A stretch of 39,582 nt of DNA, taken from contig MU271610.1 in assembly GCA_021432655.1 (NCBI GenBank), positions 1 through 39,582 on the forward strand, read 5' to 3'. Source of the DNA: Atractiella rhizophila. Taxonomy: Eukaryota. Under the pieces are notes generated by a model that saw only the letters and a program-made list of their open reading frames with translations, was not told the DNA's origin and ran no database searches. This document shows, one piece after another, positions 21,339 through 35,300 of the stretch (the stretch's first letter is position 1; every line of letters starts with the position of its first letter). The position numbers and the translations under genes were made by a program.

Positions 21339-22761
21339 CTACATCCCAGAACTGGGACCGAACCACTCTTCCACGAGTTTCCCAACGTGCTCCTTCCATT
21401 TCGTCATTCTCTCGAGATCCAAATGGAACGCTATCGCACCAAAGAGAAAGACAGCAACGAAGAGGACGAGGAAGTAAAGTGACCGCAGTGTTGCAACACG
21501 ACGGTTTTTCGATGCCAAATTCGACGAGATAAGCGGATCGGTCTCTACTGCTTCAGACGAGCGAGCGACCTTCCCGCCTCGTTCGACGTCATTGCTTTGC
21601 GTCCTCCTTAAGCACCCGAATATCCCGCATGTCCTCCCTTCTTTCGCCTGTTCGCTCTCATCTTCTTCGTCCGAAAATGTTGGTGGCTGATCCATGAACG
21701 GAGTATAAACCTTCGAGTTCGGGCGATGATATTCTTTAAGCGAAGGACGGCGAGTGGAGGTGCTGGTGTCAACGCCCTCGAAGGGACGGATCGTTTTCGA
21801 GCTCTCTCCGCGAGTTAAAGGCAACGGGGTGACAGATCGCAATGGAGAGGAAGGGGGAAGGGGTTTAGGGGTAACAATCGGGACGGATTTTATGTTCGCG
21901 GCCGATGACGAGGCAACACGTTTTGAAGGAGGAACGATAGGCATGGCCGACGAAGAAGGATATTTGAAGTCAGGAACGGACGAGGGTTTAGCCAGTTTCG
22001 CTTGTTCAGCCGCAAGAGATGGGATCCTCGATTTCCCTTTATTCTCCTTCCCACCGCCTTCTCTCTTCGACCGTCTCTCCTCTTCTCTTCGAGCGCCCAA
22101 TTCAATGCTCTTCTGCAAGTCCCTCTTGTGTCTTCGAAACTCATTCATCTCTCTTCTTTGACCCTGACTGTGCAACGATGTCTCGCTTCCACGCTGAGCC
22201 AGCGAACGAACATCCTTGTCTCTCCTCCAGAAGCTCTCTTCGAACTCAGCTGAAGGAGGAGGGGAGCGCAAGATGACGCTTTCCCCATCCTCGTCATCGT
22301 TCGACTTCCATCGGCTTTGACGGAATGGTCCCGAGGTCGAAGCGTACGAGTACGCCTGAGGCTCTGTGCCTCTTCTGGAAGTCGGCGTGAAAGGGCTCGT
22401 CTCCCTGGACCGCAACGGGCTGGTTTCTCTACGTGCCACAGAGCCATAGTAACCGGAATCTACGCGGTCTTTATCGGATGCCTGTAGACGGAAGGAAGAG
22501 TGTTCCCCATCCGCAGACACTGCCGAGTCGATGGAGTCTATACGCCGGATTTTTCGATAGTCGGGAGACGTCGAGTGAATGCTTTCCGTCGGCGTGTGAA
22601 TAAAACGAGCACGAGAGATGGAGGAGGAGGAGGGAATGCGAAATGGCGGTTATATTCCGAGCAGCTATCGCAGCAGCGCGGCTCGGAGTGGTTGGTCCAT
22701 CCGGTTGACGTATAACGGGAGATGAAGGTGCCATGCTATCTTGCAGACTGGTAGAAACCAT
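21339..22761 (-). CDS. Hypothetical S/R/P-rich disordered protein with a single C-terminal TM helix (tail-anchored-like); 5' end frameshifted or uncertain
   Basis: Open frame 22649-21339 ending LYFLVLFVAVFLFGAIAFHL plus a short tail. The Met-bearing upstream segment (ATG 22761/22734) is in a different frame, with the break at ~22650. Confidence 0.65.
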
Positions 22762-24993
22762 CTGTGAGTATGCTGAAGCCGAAGGCAATACTTCGTTATC
22801 ACTGTGACAATGCCACGAACTTTTACATGCAGCTTGGTGACGCAGCTCCCCTGGCAGGATAACACCAATTATATCTCATGTCTTCTTTGATACTCATGGT
22901 CAACGAGCGGACAGATAGAACCGATTCAGTCAATGACTATTCGTTGAAAGAAGTCTTCTCTGCGCTCAGAGCCGAAGTAGAACAAGACAGGGTACTGTCG
23001 CACTGAGCCACTTGTAATGCCAATCCTTCCAGCTTCTCGAAAGCCAACATGCATTCACCTTCAATAACACAAAGTGAAAAGTCAAAGTCTTAGGGCTTCC
23101 TCCGAATGGTAACACACTTTACTTATCCAAAGTTCAGTGCTGTGGAAGCACGTCGCAGCCCGCATTAGAAATCAAATGTTGCTGAGGCTTCTTTACACCA
23201 CTGCAAAGCGGTGAGAAAGGATTGCACTATTATGCAGTACCCTCAGTCTCTCAACATGTAGATGAATAGTGTCAAAGCAAAAGCGTTTAAACTGGAACGA
23301 AACAGCAAGTAACTTTGTGGACACCTTCCTTCGCCACCTCATGGTGCCAACTCCTCATTCCCAACGCGAGCTAGTACAAAAGAGCACTCCTCTCACTCTC
23401 CCCAGAACACAACAAAGACAACTCACCAGCAAAGTTCCTGTTAAGGCACCAAAAAGCCAAGATCCAATCTCCAAACAAACTGTCAATGTCACGCTAACGC
23501 CACGACTGCGATCCAGTCGAGCCAATCCCAAACGTGAGCCGAGGCAGCTACTTTAGCTTTGAAGATGAGTTGGCTTGCGATAGCGGGGCGATAATTGGGA
23601 GGATCGTCGTTTTTGAGTGCTCTGCGGACGAGCTTCGGCTTTTTGACGTCAGGTTTGCTCAGGTTGGGGTTGGGAAGGTTTGTGGGACAGAACGACGATT
23701 TCACCGGGTGACACGGGACGACAGTCGCAGCTTGGACGCAGTCTAGCTGGTCGAGAAGGATACTGTAAAGATAATAGACGTGCTGAAGGGCGACGAGTAA
23801 ATGAAGAGGAAAGTAGGTGTCAAGCACAGAAATTGAGTGAAAATAAAGATTGCAAACTGCATTATCTCAATTGTGAGTTCCGTGTTTAGCGTATTACGAC
23901 AACAGCTCCACAAAGCAGCACTTGGTTAGGAGCACTGAGCTAGCGTTCATTGACTTCATTGCTTAGTCGCACATGGATATTTGAATATCCCCGTTGCTAA
24001 GCCGTTTTCTATGAGCAGCAGCATCTCAATGTTGTTGGTAAACATGAGTACCATTCTGTTTAGTTGCATTGTGGTCGCTAAAACGATGTGTTTAAAGCCT
24101 ATAAATGAGTTTATTGCTCATTTTATTCGTGTCTCTAAACACCATTGGAGCTATCTTTGCCAGAAATAAACACTTTGCTGTCTCTTTCCTGTGGTGTTTC
24201 TGCATGAAAGCAGTTCATCTCTGTAATTTCCTACGACAGTCCCCCTTCTTCTCGGACTTGACATTGTCCATCGCCTGTCAGATCAGATTGCTGAGATAAC
24301 TGGATTGTGGTCTGATTCTTGCCCACTTATGTGGGAGAAAGGACAACGTCCTGACACAAATTTCAGACAATAAACGTATTCATTAGACAGCAAAGCAGGG
24401 TGTTCAATAACGTTCAGTTGTTGTGCTAGCTAGATAAACTTGCTTTTATTTTGCATGTTTATGCTCTGTCCCAAAAGTGTTACATGTGAAACCTCCATTG
24501 CGCCGTATTAACATGCAACTTAGAAACAAAATAATGTTTCATATTGCCAACATAGTTGGTTAGGGATTGTTCATACTGTCATCATGTCAACTCTTGCTGG
24601 AGGTTGCCAATGTGGTGATTCTCTAATCAACAATTCTTGCAGGGAACCGCAAGTGGCTTGGAACGGTATTGACACAAGTAGACATCAATTATCGCGGCTC
24701 CGTAAAAGGCGTTCTTGATTGGGTCTGGGATGATGAAGGAAGCGAGAAGGTGCGTAGGGACTAAAACACCTCTAAGCAGTTGTGGATAAACAATAAACAA
24801 CAACGCTTGACAATCCTGAGGAGTGGAGGTTCAGCAATCAGCTCCTGAATCAACTCAACAAAGATAAGGGGTTGGTTGAGCCAACTTACTAGCACGTCTC
24901 TTTTAGTGAAAGCGGGAATTTGCGGGGCACTGATGCTGATGCTGATAAGGTTCTCTCAAACCAGCCGACGTTGAACCATTTCCAAGGCTCTCC

Positions 24994-26119
24994 ATGGCTT
25001 CACAACAATCTCAGCGCAAGACCTACATCGTCACTGGAGGAGCTAACGGTTCGGTCCCTTTCATGCTTCTTCCTGTTATCTGAAAGATTGTCTAGGCATC
25101 GGCGCGTTCATCAGCTATCATCTCCTCACTCTAGGAGCGCGAGTAGCAGTGTTCGACCTTGACGCCGAAGCGTTGAAACTGTTCGAGGACCGCCTCACGA
25201 ATCCAGAATTGGTGCCTGACGAGTGTCAAGTGTTCTTGAGGAAGGATGACCTCCTTTGCCTTCAGTGTGATGTGTCCGACGAGCAACAGGTTCTAGATTG
25301 TGTGAAGGGAGTGATAGCTGTATGGGGCGAAGAACTAGACGGGATAGTGAACAGTTCGTTTTTTTCCTGCTTCTCGTCCCTCATAATCTTAACATTGACT
25401 AGATGCGGGCATCCCCTCATCCCACGGCTACGTCAAGGTGCCAAAAACCTCCATCACAGATTGGACGACTCCCGAGTTTCTACGCTATCAACACGTCCAC
25501 ATTTTAGGAACCTTTCTCCTCTGCAAACACAGCGTTAAATACCTCGAAAAAAGAAGAGGCGCAATAGTCAATCTCTCGAGCGTATGCGGACAGTTCAGCG
25601 ATCAATTTCAAGAAGCCTACGGAGCTTCAAAAGGAGGAGTATCCGCTCTCACGCATTCTCTAGCGAGCAGTTTAGGAGATCAAGGAATCAGAGTTAACTG
25701 TGTCTCGGTGCGCATCTATCCATTTTAAACCAATAGCACCTTAAAATTAATATCTCACGGAATCAGCCGGGGTACGTTGGATCCTTCCTTCGAAGAAACA
25801 GCAATTGAGATATTGAAAGGTACATCGACGTAACGGCCGCTCAACAAAAGCAGGTCTCACGATTCCCACCAGCGAAAGACGTACCTTCATCCCGTCCACT
25901 TCCTTTCCACTTTCAAATGCTACGAAATCGTGTGGGGAGAGGTGAAGATGTTGCAAAACTAGTTGCATTCTTGCTTGACAATGATCAGAGCGGCTTCATC
26001 ACGGGACAAGACATTAATGTTGAGTGAGCTATTTTCCAATCCCAAACTCATAATTTGTTGATACGCGCCACAGCGGTGGATATGAGAAGAAGAGACCTCC
26101 AGAAGATTGTGGATCATAG
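24994..26119 (+). CDS. Classical short-chain dehydrogenase/reductase
   Basis: IVTGGANG|IG, CDVS, VN|NAG, IVNLSS, YGASK (YxxxK), GIRVNCVS|PG, EDVA...FITGQDINVD|GG. TAG at 26117-26119. Confidence 0.95.
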
Positions 26120-26446
26120 ACTTTAGAAATATCGGAATGGTTTCAACCAGACCTTACCATTGAGGTCTCTGCACCTTCAGGAATACCGTAGTCTTCGCGA
26201 GCCTGAAAGAACTATACCTTTAGCGCGAGTTGTTCTTCTGACTTGGAGGCCAGAAAGGTCACCCCTTCAACCTTTCTTCCAACCCAGCCGAAATCGCCGA
26301 AATCTCTACAGTCGAACGGTATCCTGTGACCTCTCCGCCATCTCCACTTCTCTCTCCGGACAAAACTTCTGCCCATGCCTCCTACCACTTTAAACCTCCA
26401 TGAAATGTAAACAGGCTTACACGCCGCAAGCGTCAGATAGCTTAGT

Positions 26447-28231
26447 ATGGTAACATCAGCAGAACCATTGAGAATAGCCATCGTCGGAGGAGGGATTGGA
26501 GGTGAGAGATCCATGTCCAACAAACCTAACATCATATTAAGCACATCCACGTAGGCCTCACCCTTGCCGTGATGCTCTCTCCCGCATTGTCGCAACCCAA
26601 TCCACCTTTCACTCTGAAGCTTTATGAAGCTTCAGCAGCTTTTCAGGAAATTGGCGCTGGCGTAGGCTTTGGACCCAATGCGTTAAAAGCACTACAACGT
26701 ACGGGATTGGGAGAGGAATATTCCCGACGAGCGGATACTACCGTTAAGAATAGGGGAGAGAAAAGTGTTTGGTTTGAATACAGGTTTGTTGTCCATGTTC
26801 GAATAGACGCAGATATGCCATTTACCATCCAAAAATACAGGAAAGGAGTCAAGTTAGAGGAGAATGATAAAGAAGGAGAGCTGTGGAACGAAGTGTTCAC
26901 TGAGCCAGAGGGCCACTCCAGTATTCATCGGTTTGTTAACGCCTGTTTTGCCGAAGTAAAGAGACAAACACCAAAACAAGGGCAGAATTTCTGGATCTAC
27001 TAGTTTCTCGATTGCATCCCTCTGTCGCAGTGTTCTCCAAACGGCTCGTTTCCCTTCATTCACCTTCTCAAGGTCAAGCAGCGACGAGGCTTTCATTTCT
27101 AGACGGGACTTCGGCGGAAGCCGACTTAGTTATAGGAGCAGATGGTATAAAGTCAGTAGTGCGAAAATGGATGTACCAAGGAGTCGAAGGAGGAAGATAC
27201 GTAGACCCGCAGTTTACTGGGACATCAGCCTATCGCGGAATGGTACCCATGGAAAAAGCCGTAAAGCATTTAGGAGAACAATGTCGAAAAGTTCCTCAGA
27301 TTTACAGCGCGCCGTCGAAGGTTCGTGATTTCTTCGCCAATCAGTGATGCTAGGCAGTGAATAAAATGTCAGCATGTCCTCACATTCCCTATTCAACAAT
27401 TCAACACTCTCAACATCGTCGCTTTTCTCACCGACCGCTCTGCCGCCGTCAACTCGCACACTTCGGTGGATGAAGCTCCATCGTCAACTGGAGCGGTAGC
27501 GTGGCCAGGCGGACCTTGGGTGACGCAGATTACAAAGGAAGAGCTGCTGAAAGCGTATGATGGTTATGGAGAAGGCGTGCTAGCCCTGCTCAGCGAGATC
27601 GAGCAGCCATCAAAGTGGGGGTTGCATGAGTTGGAAAGCCTGCCTTCCTGTAAACGTTCCGAACTAGCTGTGGAGAGTCTACTAAAAGCTGACTTGATAT
27701 TTTGCAGATGTGAAAGACAACGTGGTGTTAATGGGCGATGCGGTAAGCCCCTTCAGTTCAAAGCCCAGTTTTAATGTTATGACAGGCACATGGAATGCTT
27801 CCTCACCAAGGAGCTGGAGGTAAGTCTCGCTATTCTTGTAGGACATAAACATTCACTAACCTCGCTGTCACAGCCGGGCAGGCGCTTGAAGTAAGTTGAT
27901 ATCTGAATACTGATCACACTGACCTTTCGGTACCCAGGACGGCTACATCCTATCAGTCCTTTTGACAACGTCTCCACTTCCTCCAGTCACCTCCATTCTT
28001 GCCATTTACGATACTCTGCGTCGGCGAAGGGGAAACGAGGTTAAGGAGAAAAGTAGGGCAGTAGGAGACATATACCAACTTCAAGGAGGGAAGGAAAGCT
28101 GGAAATTGTATGCAGAGCGGTTAAAGGGATGGTTTAAATATTTATGGGAGTATGACGTTGATGAGGCAGCGGATGAGGCGAAGAGGTTGTGCAGGGAACA
28201 GACCAGATTAGTCAAGAAGCCCATATGCTAG
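26447..28231 (+). CDS. FAD-dependent monooxygenase (salicylate hydroxylase-like, group A)
   Basis: IAIVGGGIG|GL, EIGAGV, PNA, VIGADGIKSVVR, AYRG, and VVLMGDA|AHGMLPHQGAG|AGQALE|DG on micro-exons. Confidence 0.95.
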
Positions 28232-28579
28232 CTGCTCTGTTGCCAGTGATATCGTATTGTAAACATGCCATCAACTTGTTCAGTTACCATGCTCACCTTA
28301 CATGTTCGCTCTGATACAACCTAAGCGGGCCGGGAACAGCTCAACGCAAGGAATGCAATAGACGCAACGGGGAGACCATTCAACTATTCATCTTTGTCCA
28401 TAACTTCTCCGCATGCCTCATACCAGAGCTCTGAATAGAACCTGTAACAGAATGCACGGTCCTGTTATTCGTCGTCTTCACGAATGAACACGCGAATATG
28501 TTGAAGGACAAGGGGAAGAAGGTACTGCGCCCGAGAGACTGGTGTAGGCGGAATGTGAGCGAGGTGGAGGTAGGAAGCC

Positions 28580-28720
28580 GGGGAAGAAGAAGAAAAAACA
28601 ACCCAACCCAAAAGGAAATCCCCGCGCAAAAGATGGAAAAACAACCAAAAAACCCCCGGCCCCCCCCGCCCCAAAAAAAAAGTGGTTGGTACCGGAACAA
28701 AAGGGAACAAAAGCAACAAC
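28580..28720. repeat. Low-complexity A/C homopolymer-rich tract
   Basis: Clustered A-runs (up to A9) and C-runs (C4-C8), unlike the flanks. Confidence 0.7.
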
Positions 28721-28962
28721 CCCAGCTTGCCTTGGATGGAGACCATTCAAGATATCCAACAAGATCCTGTCAGAGTGTCACCCTCCGCGCCGGGTCACAA
28801 CCGAGGAAGCATCTAACGAGTGTAACTGCTATGTTAGCCTATTACTTCACTGTGGCGCGTCGCATCGCTGCATGGAAGGCATAAAAGTGTGCAACGCTTT
28901 GAGCTTCGAACTCCATTATACCTCCTGCCCAGGCCGCCTTCAAACCAACGGTTGAGCTCGCA

Positions 28963-31111
28963 ATGATCAGGCCTCTGTGCTTCTTGGTCTCAGTTTCAAC
29001 AGCTCTTGCTGCAATAGATACAAGCGGGGTCACAGATTTTATCCTCGCCAAAACACAAGAAATCCAAGGTCCGTTCTTGGAAGCAGCGAGGGCAATCCTC
29101 TCCCATCCAGAGATTTCTGGCTCCGAAGTTTTCGCGCACGACACACTTGCTTCGCTCTTTGAAGTTCTCAGTGCGTCTTGTCTGACCTACCTCCGTTTTT
29201 GATCGAAAGTTGAAGCTGGCGGGAAAGCAGATGGGTGGAACGTGACGCGAAGCGCATGGGGCGAAAAAACTGCATTCGAGGCGTCTTTCGTCAATCTACC
29301 AAATGGAGTGGGAGAAGAAAGCTTGCCTGTACTTGGATTCGTAGCGGAATATGACGCGTTAAATGGGGTCGAACATGCATGCGGTTCGTCGTTCCCCTCG
29401 CACTTTGTTCAGTGATAATGTCTTAGCTCAGGCCACCATCTCATTGCCCTCAACGGAATTCTCTCCGCTGCTCTGGCCCAAGCAGCTGTAGTGAAGTATA
29501 ATATTCCAGCAAAAATTCGATTGCTTGGATGTCCAGATGAGGAAGAGAGGGGAGGAAAGATAAGAATGTGGCAGAGAGGCGCTTTCACAGAAGGAGACGT
29601 ATGGATGATGGCGCATCCTACGGTTGCGAACGCGATTCAAGTACGTCTGTGGATTGGATATGGTATAGATACTGAAAACACTGCAGCCAATGTTGGCCAG
29701 ACGGACTGCATTCGCGAAATTCACTGGTTCATCGCATGAACAGTCAGTACTTCTGACGCATATCCATCTTCGCTGAGAATGGAAACAGAGCTGTTTTACG
29801 GGCATACCACGCGCTTGTTTCCATCACTGATGCAGCTACCTCCCTTCCGGGAACAGCAAGCTCCATCGTTCCAACAGAGCATATTGGTATGTTACCTCTG
29901 ACTGTTAGTTTCATTGAGTACTTATGCTACGAACAGGAAGAGCGGTGTCCAACGTCGTCCAGACCGAAAATAAATTGGGAATCCGAGGATCGACCGTCGA
30001 AGCTGTAAACGCGACGGTTCTTGCAGCGTACCAGGCTTTTCAAAGCAACTTTGCAGGAGTGAATTGGACAACGACTACTGATTCCAGAGGAGGAGTCGTT
30101 GTCGACGCTCTTGGTCCTGGGTCCATCCCCTTCCATCTCAAGAAAATAGAGGTTAACAGTGCCTGTTTTACAGAGGGCATGCCGCTGAGGGAACGCAATT
30201 TTCCGCCCTTAGGTTGACAATCGAGACTTTCCGCTCTCTCGCGAACGATGATACTATTTCCTTCTACCTCCCCCACAATGACACCATAGCAGAACTCGAC
30301 CTCTTTGCATCCATACGTACTCGGTATACCCCCGACCTTCAAGCCGTTGTTTCACGCTATGTCGAGCGTTCGTCAGCCGTTTCATTTCCTTTACAAAACT
30401 GAACAAGGGACCTACAACAGTTGTGGCTCCTTTCGTCTCCAGCTCGACCTTCGATGACGTCTATCCTGCACTCGAAGTTACGCCTAATCTCACGCAGCGA
30501 TTTATCAATATTATGTCGCAGCCAAAGCTCAATCAAAGTTGGGGTTATAGTACACGCGCTCCTGCAAGCACAGATTTGAGCCAGGCACAACTCCCTCAGA
30601 TCGATCCAACCACCAAAGCCATTCTGTCTGAAGCCGTACCCGTGCTTCAGTGAGTGTCATTTTCGGAAGAGGACCACTTGAATAACACGCAGTTAGTGCG
30701 AATTTCGGCATTTGCCCTGATCCTACCGGAGCTGGATGTAGGCATTCTATTTTGTTTTATGGACGACTCTGACCCATCCCCCCCGTCAGGGTAAGCGTTG
30801 GTCTCTTCAATACAAAATTGCCGACGCCATCCTTTTTCTCTGTGATACAGCGTACATTCCGTTTCTGCTGAGTAGAATGTGGCTAACAAGCAACAGCCCT
30901 TCAATCACGAGCCAAATTTCGCAGCCCTGGCATCTACAGAGCTTGCCTTCGAGAATACCATGGTTGTCTCACGAGCAATAGCCGAGCTAGCAACTCTTTT
31001 GGCAGCTGATAATGAAGCAATGGCAGCGTATGCCTTCCCATGCTGAACGAGATAAAGCTGATATTGTGTGATGTCATTGGCAGTGCTAGAGCTCTTGTGC
31101 TTTCTTCTTGA
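28963..31111 (+). CDS. M20 family amidohydrolase (PM20D2/Acy1L2-like) with N-terminal signal peptide
   Basis: HPEISGSEVFA, TAFEA, AEYDAL, HAC|GHHLIA, LLGCPDEE..GGK, MMAHP, ASTD and PFNHEPNFA. The last exon ends at 31111 (31046 if unspliced). Confidence 0.88.
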
Positions 31112-32389
31112 CGAGGCTCAGTGCATTTCTCCGGGGAGTGGATTTGGAAGACGCAGACAGATTTATATATATTCTTCATCGACTGTTTAAGCTAGGCAAT
31201 TGATTTATCGCATGGAGCAAAAGCTAGACACAAATCGCGCTTGCAGCTGTCCTATCTATCCAAGAGTATTCCAAGTGTCGATCGCTTTCATTCTTGGGCG
31301 TTAGGTAATGATACCTCATTATTGGAGCCAAGGAAGCGAAGACCACTATATTATTCAGAAGACAACCGTCATTCCCCAAGTCACAAGTGAAATACACGCG
31401 CGTGGTCACGGAAAATAAAAGACCTATTACACATTGTGGAACCTTGTGTGTATGAAAAGGCAAAAGAATTACATGTCGTCATTTATTTGACGATAGATCT
31501 CTGTACAAGCGAATCGAGTGAATGGCGAGACTGGAATATTGAATGGCAGAGGTCGTTTCACTCAAGAGCTACTGGAATCTAGAATAATCCTCCGTGAGAT
31601 TAGTTGGTTTCGACGATCATTGATCATTGAGTGCCTTGACCTTAATTTTTACACTTACTCTTCAGAATTGTGTAGTTGCTGCTGTAATCATAACTGTTAC
31701 GGACAACCGCCACTCCTGAGACATATGCATCCTGCTAACTTTTTTGACATACCTGGCTAAAGAATGGGATGATGTCCCCGACTAACATCGTGGGATATTC
31801 GAGTTTCTTCGCTAAATACGATGTTAATGTTTGCACAACAAGCATATTCAGGATACAAAATATCACTATGTACATTCGGATGTCTGGCAACATGGCTACA
31901 CACAGTTCAGAACTATAGGCTGTCAGTCGGAAAATAAAGGCCCTGTTGCATAATGGTGTGGTTTGATCGTATAAATCCGGGTTCCAGAAGCGAAACGGGT
32001 GACGGACGAGACTTTCACTAGGGACAGCCTGACTACGTTTTTAGCGAGAGCCCCCAACGGTCGATCAATGCCATATTGAGATTGTGATGCGAACAATTGG
32101 TTTTCGATCATCATGTCGATAAATAGGCTAGCTTTGGGAGCTGTCCTTCCGTCATACGTGCACCAAACTTGAACAGTCCATCAGCATGAACACGATTTAT
32201 AAAGTGGAACCATTTGAAGGGACAAGGATGAAACACCACAGCGCGTTCCGACTCCTAAACGCAACAGGGGGCGTCTAAATCAGCAAGGATTTGAAATTCC
32301 TTGAGGTTTGAGAAAATTCATTCAGAGATGCAACTTCATTCAGAGATGGAACTGTATAGCTGACTTTCGCTGGGCCCGGAAATATAAAG

Positions 32390-35300
32390 TCAAACACATA
32401 ACTCTGAACAATATGAGATAGCCACGACAGGCTGCGGATTTGGTTTGGCGATGAAACACGAGGGAGTTCTGAGCGGAGTGAAAGCCATTGGCAAACTACT
32501 CAAGACTACCCTCAGTCGCCAGCAAGCAGAGGACTCAAAAATAGTACTCGTCGGAATATTCTCAAGCGTCCTGCTGACCAGTGAATACCCAGACAACTCC
32601 CGTTGAAGCGGAGGTTGCAGGATTTTGGTCTTTGAGGTCAGAAGCGCAGAGGAGTTCTTCGGGTAGGTCGAGAAGGGTAAGCGCGGCAGGTGTACCTCGC
32701 ACTAGCCGAAGGATAATGACCGTCAGCTAACACGGCGGGAACATGCAACTGCAGACTAGAGTCCAAGCCCTCTTCGACAAAAAAGGTTGGACATCCTGTC
32801 AAGACTATGGCAGTTGAGAGATGATTATCGCGCATTTTCCTTTCTTCAGAGAATATCACAATGCTCCCCAAGTCTACGACTGGTAAAGAGAACGTATACA
32901 ATTCCATGTACTTTATCGCAGGAGGCAGAAGAAATGGCATTGGTTACCGTACTGGCTTTTGGATGGATGATGCTCTCTGGGTGGAAGGTGGAAGTGGATG
33001 AAAAGAAGACATAGTATCAAAGCAACAACATGCAATACAGACGGGGTCACCAGTTAGCGAAGAGAGGCACGGAAGGTAAACGATAAAAGCAGCAAGCAAG
33101 TGTACCTCAAGAAATGAGGATCTTCGGAGACATGAGTAGTATACGGAGACGATTGGACCGGGAGATGGACAGAGCAGACATATGCGAGCTATTGTACGAC
33201 GTAAAAGGAAATCTCGTTGTTTGTTTCAGAGATCGAGAGACCATTCTGCAAATTGAATCAGGTCGGGATATTTCTTGTGCAGCGGGCAGCGTTTTCTATC
33301 AGTGATATGATTCCTAAGTAACTTCTTGAGCAGCAACACTTGCAGCTAGCATATAGAGGAAGGCTTTACACGATAACCGACGGCTTTTTGCCATTAAATT
33401 TGAATGATGGTTTGTGCGCACAATCACCTACGAGCAGGTGCCATAGTTAGATTGAGAAACAATAAAGGGATGAATGGCTCTACCAATTGATTTTAATTGT
33501 CCCCGTAGAAAATCTGTTGCATACATCAGAAAGCGAAGCAGTCAAACATGTAGCGCACTGTTTCGCTCTACGTGATTAGTCGCGAAAGGTAAGCACACCT
33601 TTCCACCGAAAGTAACCTCAACATATGCTACACTAGTACTCGGTCCGAAGGTAACAGGACCTTCTAAGCATTCTTCTTCCAGATCGCGTCCGTGTTGCAG
33701 TAGTTCTTCTTTCGTCCAAATCCTTTTTGCTTCTCTTTCGAAATAGAGGATGAAGGTTCGTTTAAGCTGGGTGATCTTGAGTTTAGCAGCTAAATGATAC
33801 GCATTCAAGCATGATGACATCAGGTGGAACACAGCGTACTGTTTCTCCTATGTGCGTTGGTGGACTTTACTTCTGAACCTGCCAGTATGTTCTCAGGTCC
33901 TATAAAGTAGTCAGCGCTGCAAACCTAACTCTCCGTCTGTAACCATACCAGCTTCGTTGGGAACCGGCGCGGCGTTCATTCCTAGAAAATGAGTTAAGAT
34001 CGTCATCAACAAGATGGAGATGGAGACAAAAAGACATACCCATGTTCCCAGAACAGTTGGATATGGTCTCCTCGAACGGGCTGGGATTCATGACCAAGTG
34101 GTCACAGTTGACAGCGGGTGGCACGGGAAATGGTTGAGCAAACGACGCATTCGTGTTCGAGAAATCTGCTGGGAGCATGTCTCTAAAAATCCTCTAGGGT
34201 ATGCGGAGAACAAACCAGCAGACACGCTATGCGCTTTGGAAGTTGGATAAATTTGGTTAAGTCCTAGAGGATATTCAGCGATCGGCTCCAGGAGAGGAGC
34301 ATACGGTGGATGGTTAGCCTGGTGGTTCTGTAACGGCACAAATAGGGGGTTAGAGGTCCAAGGAAACCCGAAATCGTTTGAGGTGGGGGTTAAGTAGGCC
34401 GCCAATGGGTCCCTGAAAGTCTCGAATCCGTGATTGATCAAAGGAAACATGGGAATGGCACGTCGATCTAATTGGCTATAAGCGTTCCTCCACGGCCTAG
34501 CCTCCAAGTTGGAGAACGGCACAGTTGGAGGCTGATACGGGTGGATGAATGGCGGGACCTCATGCAAGTCTGTTGCTCGTGTCTCTTCTGGATTGAAGGA
34601 CGTTGGATATGGGTCCGAAGACGAATAGACATGGGAGGCTTCCATATTCAGCTTGCTCGAATTGAGCACTCCTCGACGAAGAATCAGACTAATGCGAGAG
34701 AAAGCCCAGCCCCTGCTCCTGTCCCATGCCAATCAATCATGACCGCCCGGCAAGGGTCCGGTCGCCAAATAACCCCGATCGACTAGTCCACTTGTATTCA
34801 GCCCTGAGTCCGTCGGGTCTGGCGAGATTGAGTGACGCTGGGCGAGATCTGCCATCTCTCGTCCCCTCACTGCATCTCTAACGATCACTATCTGCATCTC
34901 CTCGTTTAGGACGTTGAGAACGGTGCGCGTTTCTGCTCATCCCGAGGCTACATTCGCTCCCGTAGTGGAAATGAAAGCCACAGGACAGGGACAATGTAAG
35001 CGAAGCAGGAGGAAGCAGCAACTGCAATCTCTGCGATGATTGCCAATGTTGATGTTCCAGATGTCGTCCACCTGCATTCCATCCGGAAATCAACGGACAA
35101 CCGTGGGTCCATTCAACTGGAAGCGGTCAACACAGCTATTGTATCACAGTTCAAAGACGAAGATGAAGACGCAACATTCTCTCAAGCGACAAAGACTAGA
35201 CGGACAAGCAAGGTGAGCTCACCAATGGTCAAAAGATAAGATTCCACCCAACATCTAATGCCTCATCTATCTGCATCAACGCGCTTCAATCCCCTTTCCA

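Noticed and set aside
22900..24900. Possible decayed gene or TE relic in an AT-richer intergenic stretch
   Set aside because: Short stop-ridden frames with no recognisable motif or terminal repeats.
28580..28720. G-quadruplex-like G-runs (minus strand) and 128-aa Lys/Pro-rich ORF
   Set aside because: The homopolymer-inflated texture suggests low-quality consensus sequence; not interpretable without reads.
32317..32352. 18-bp imperfect tandem repeat TTCATTCAGAGATG(C/G)AAC
   Set aside because: Two copies only; trivial.
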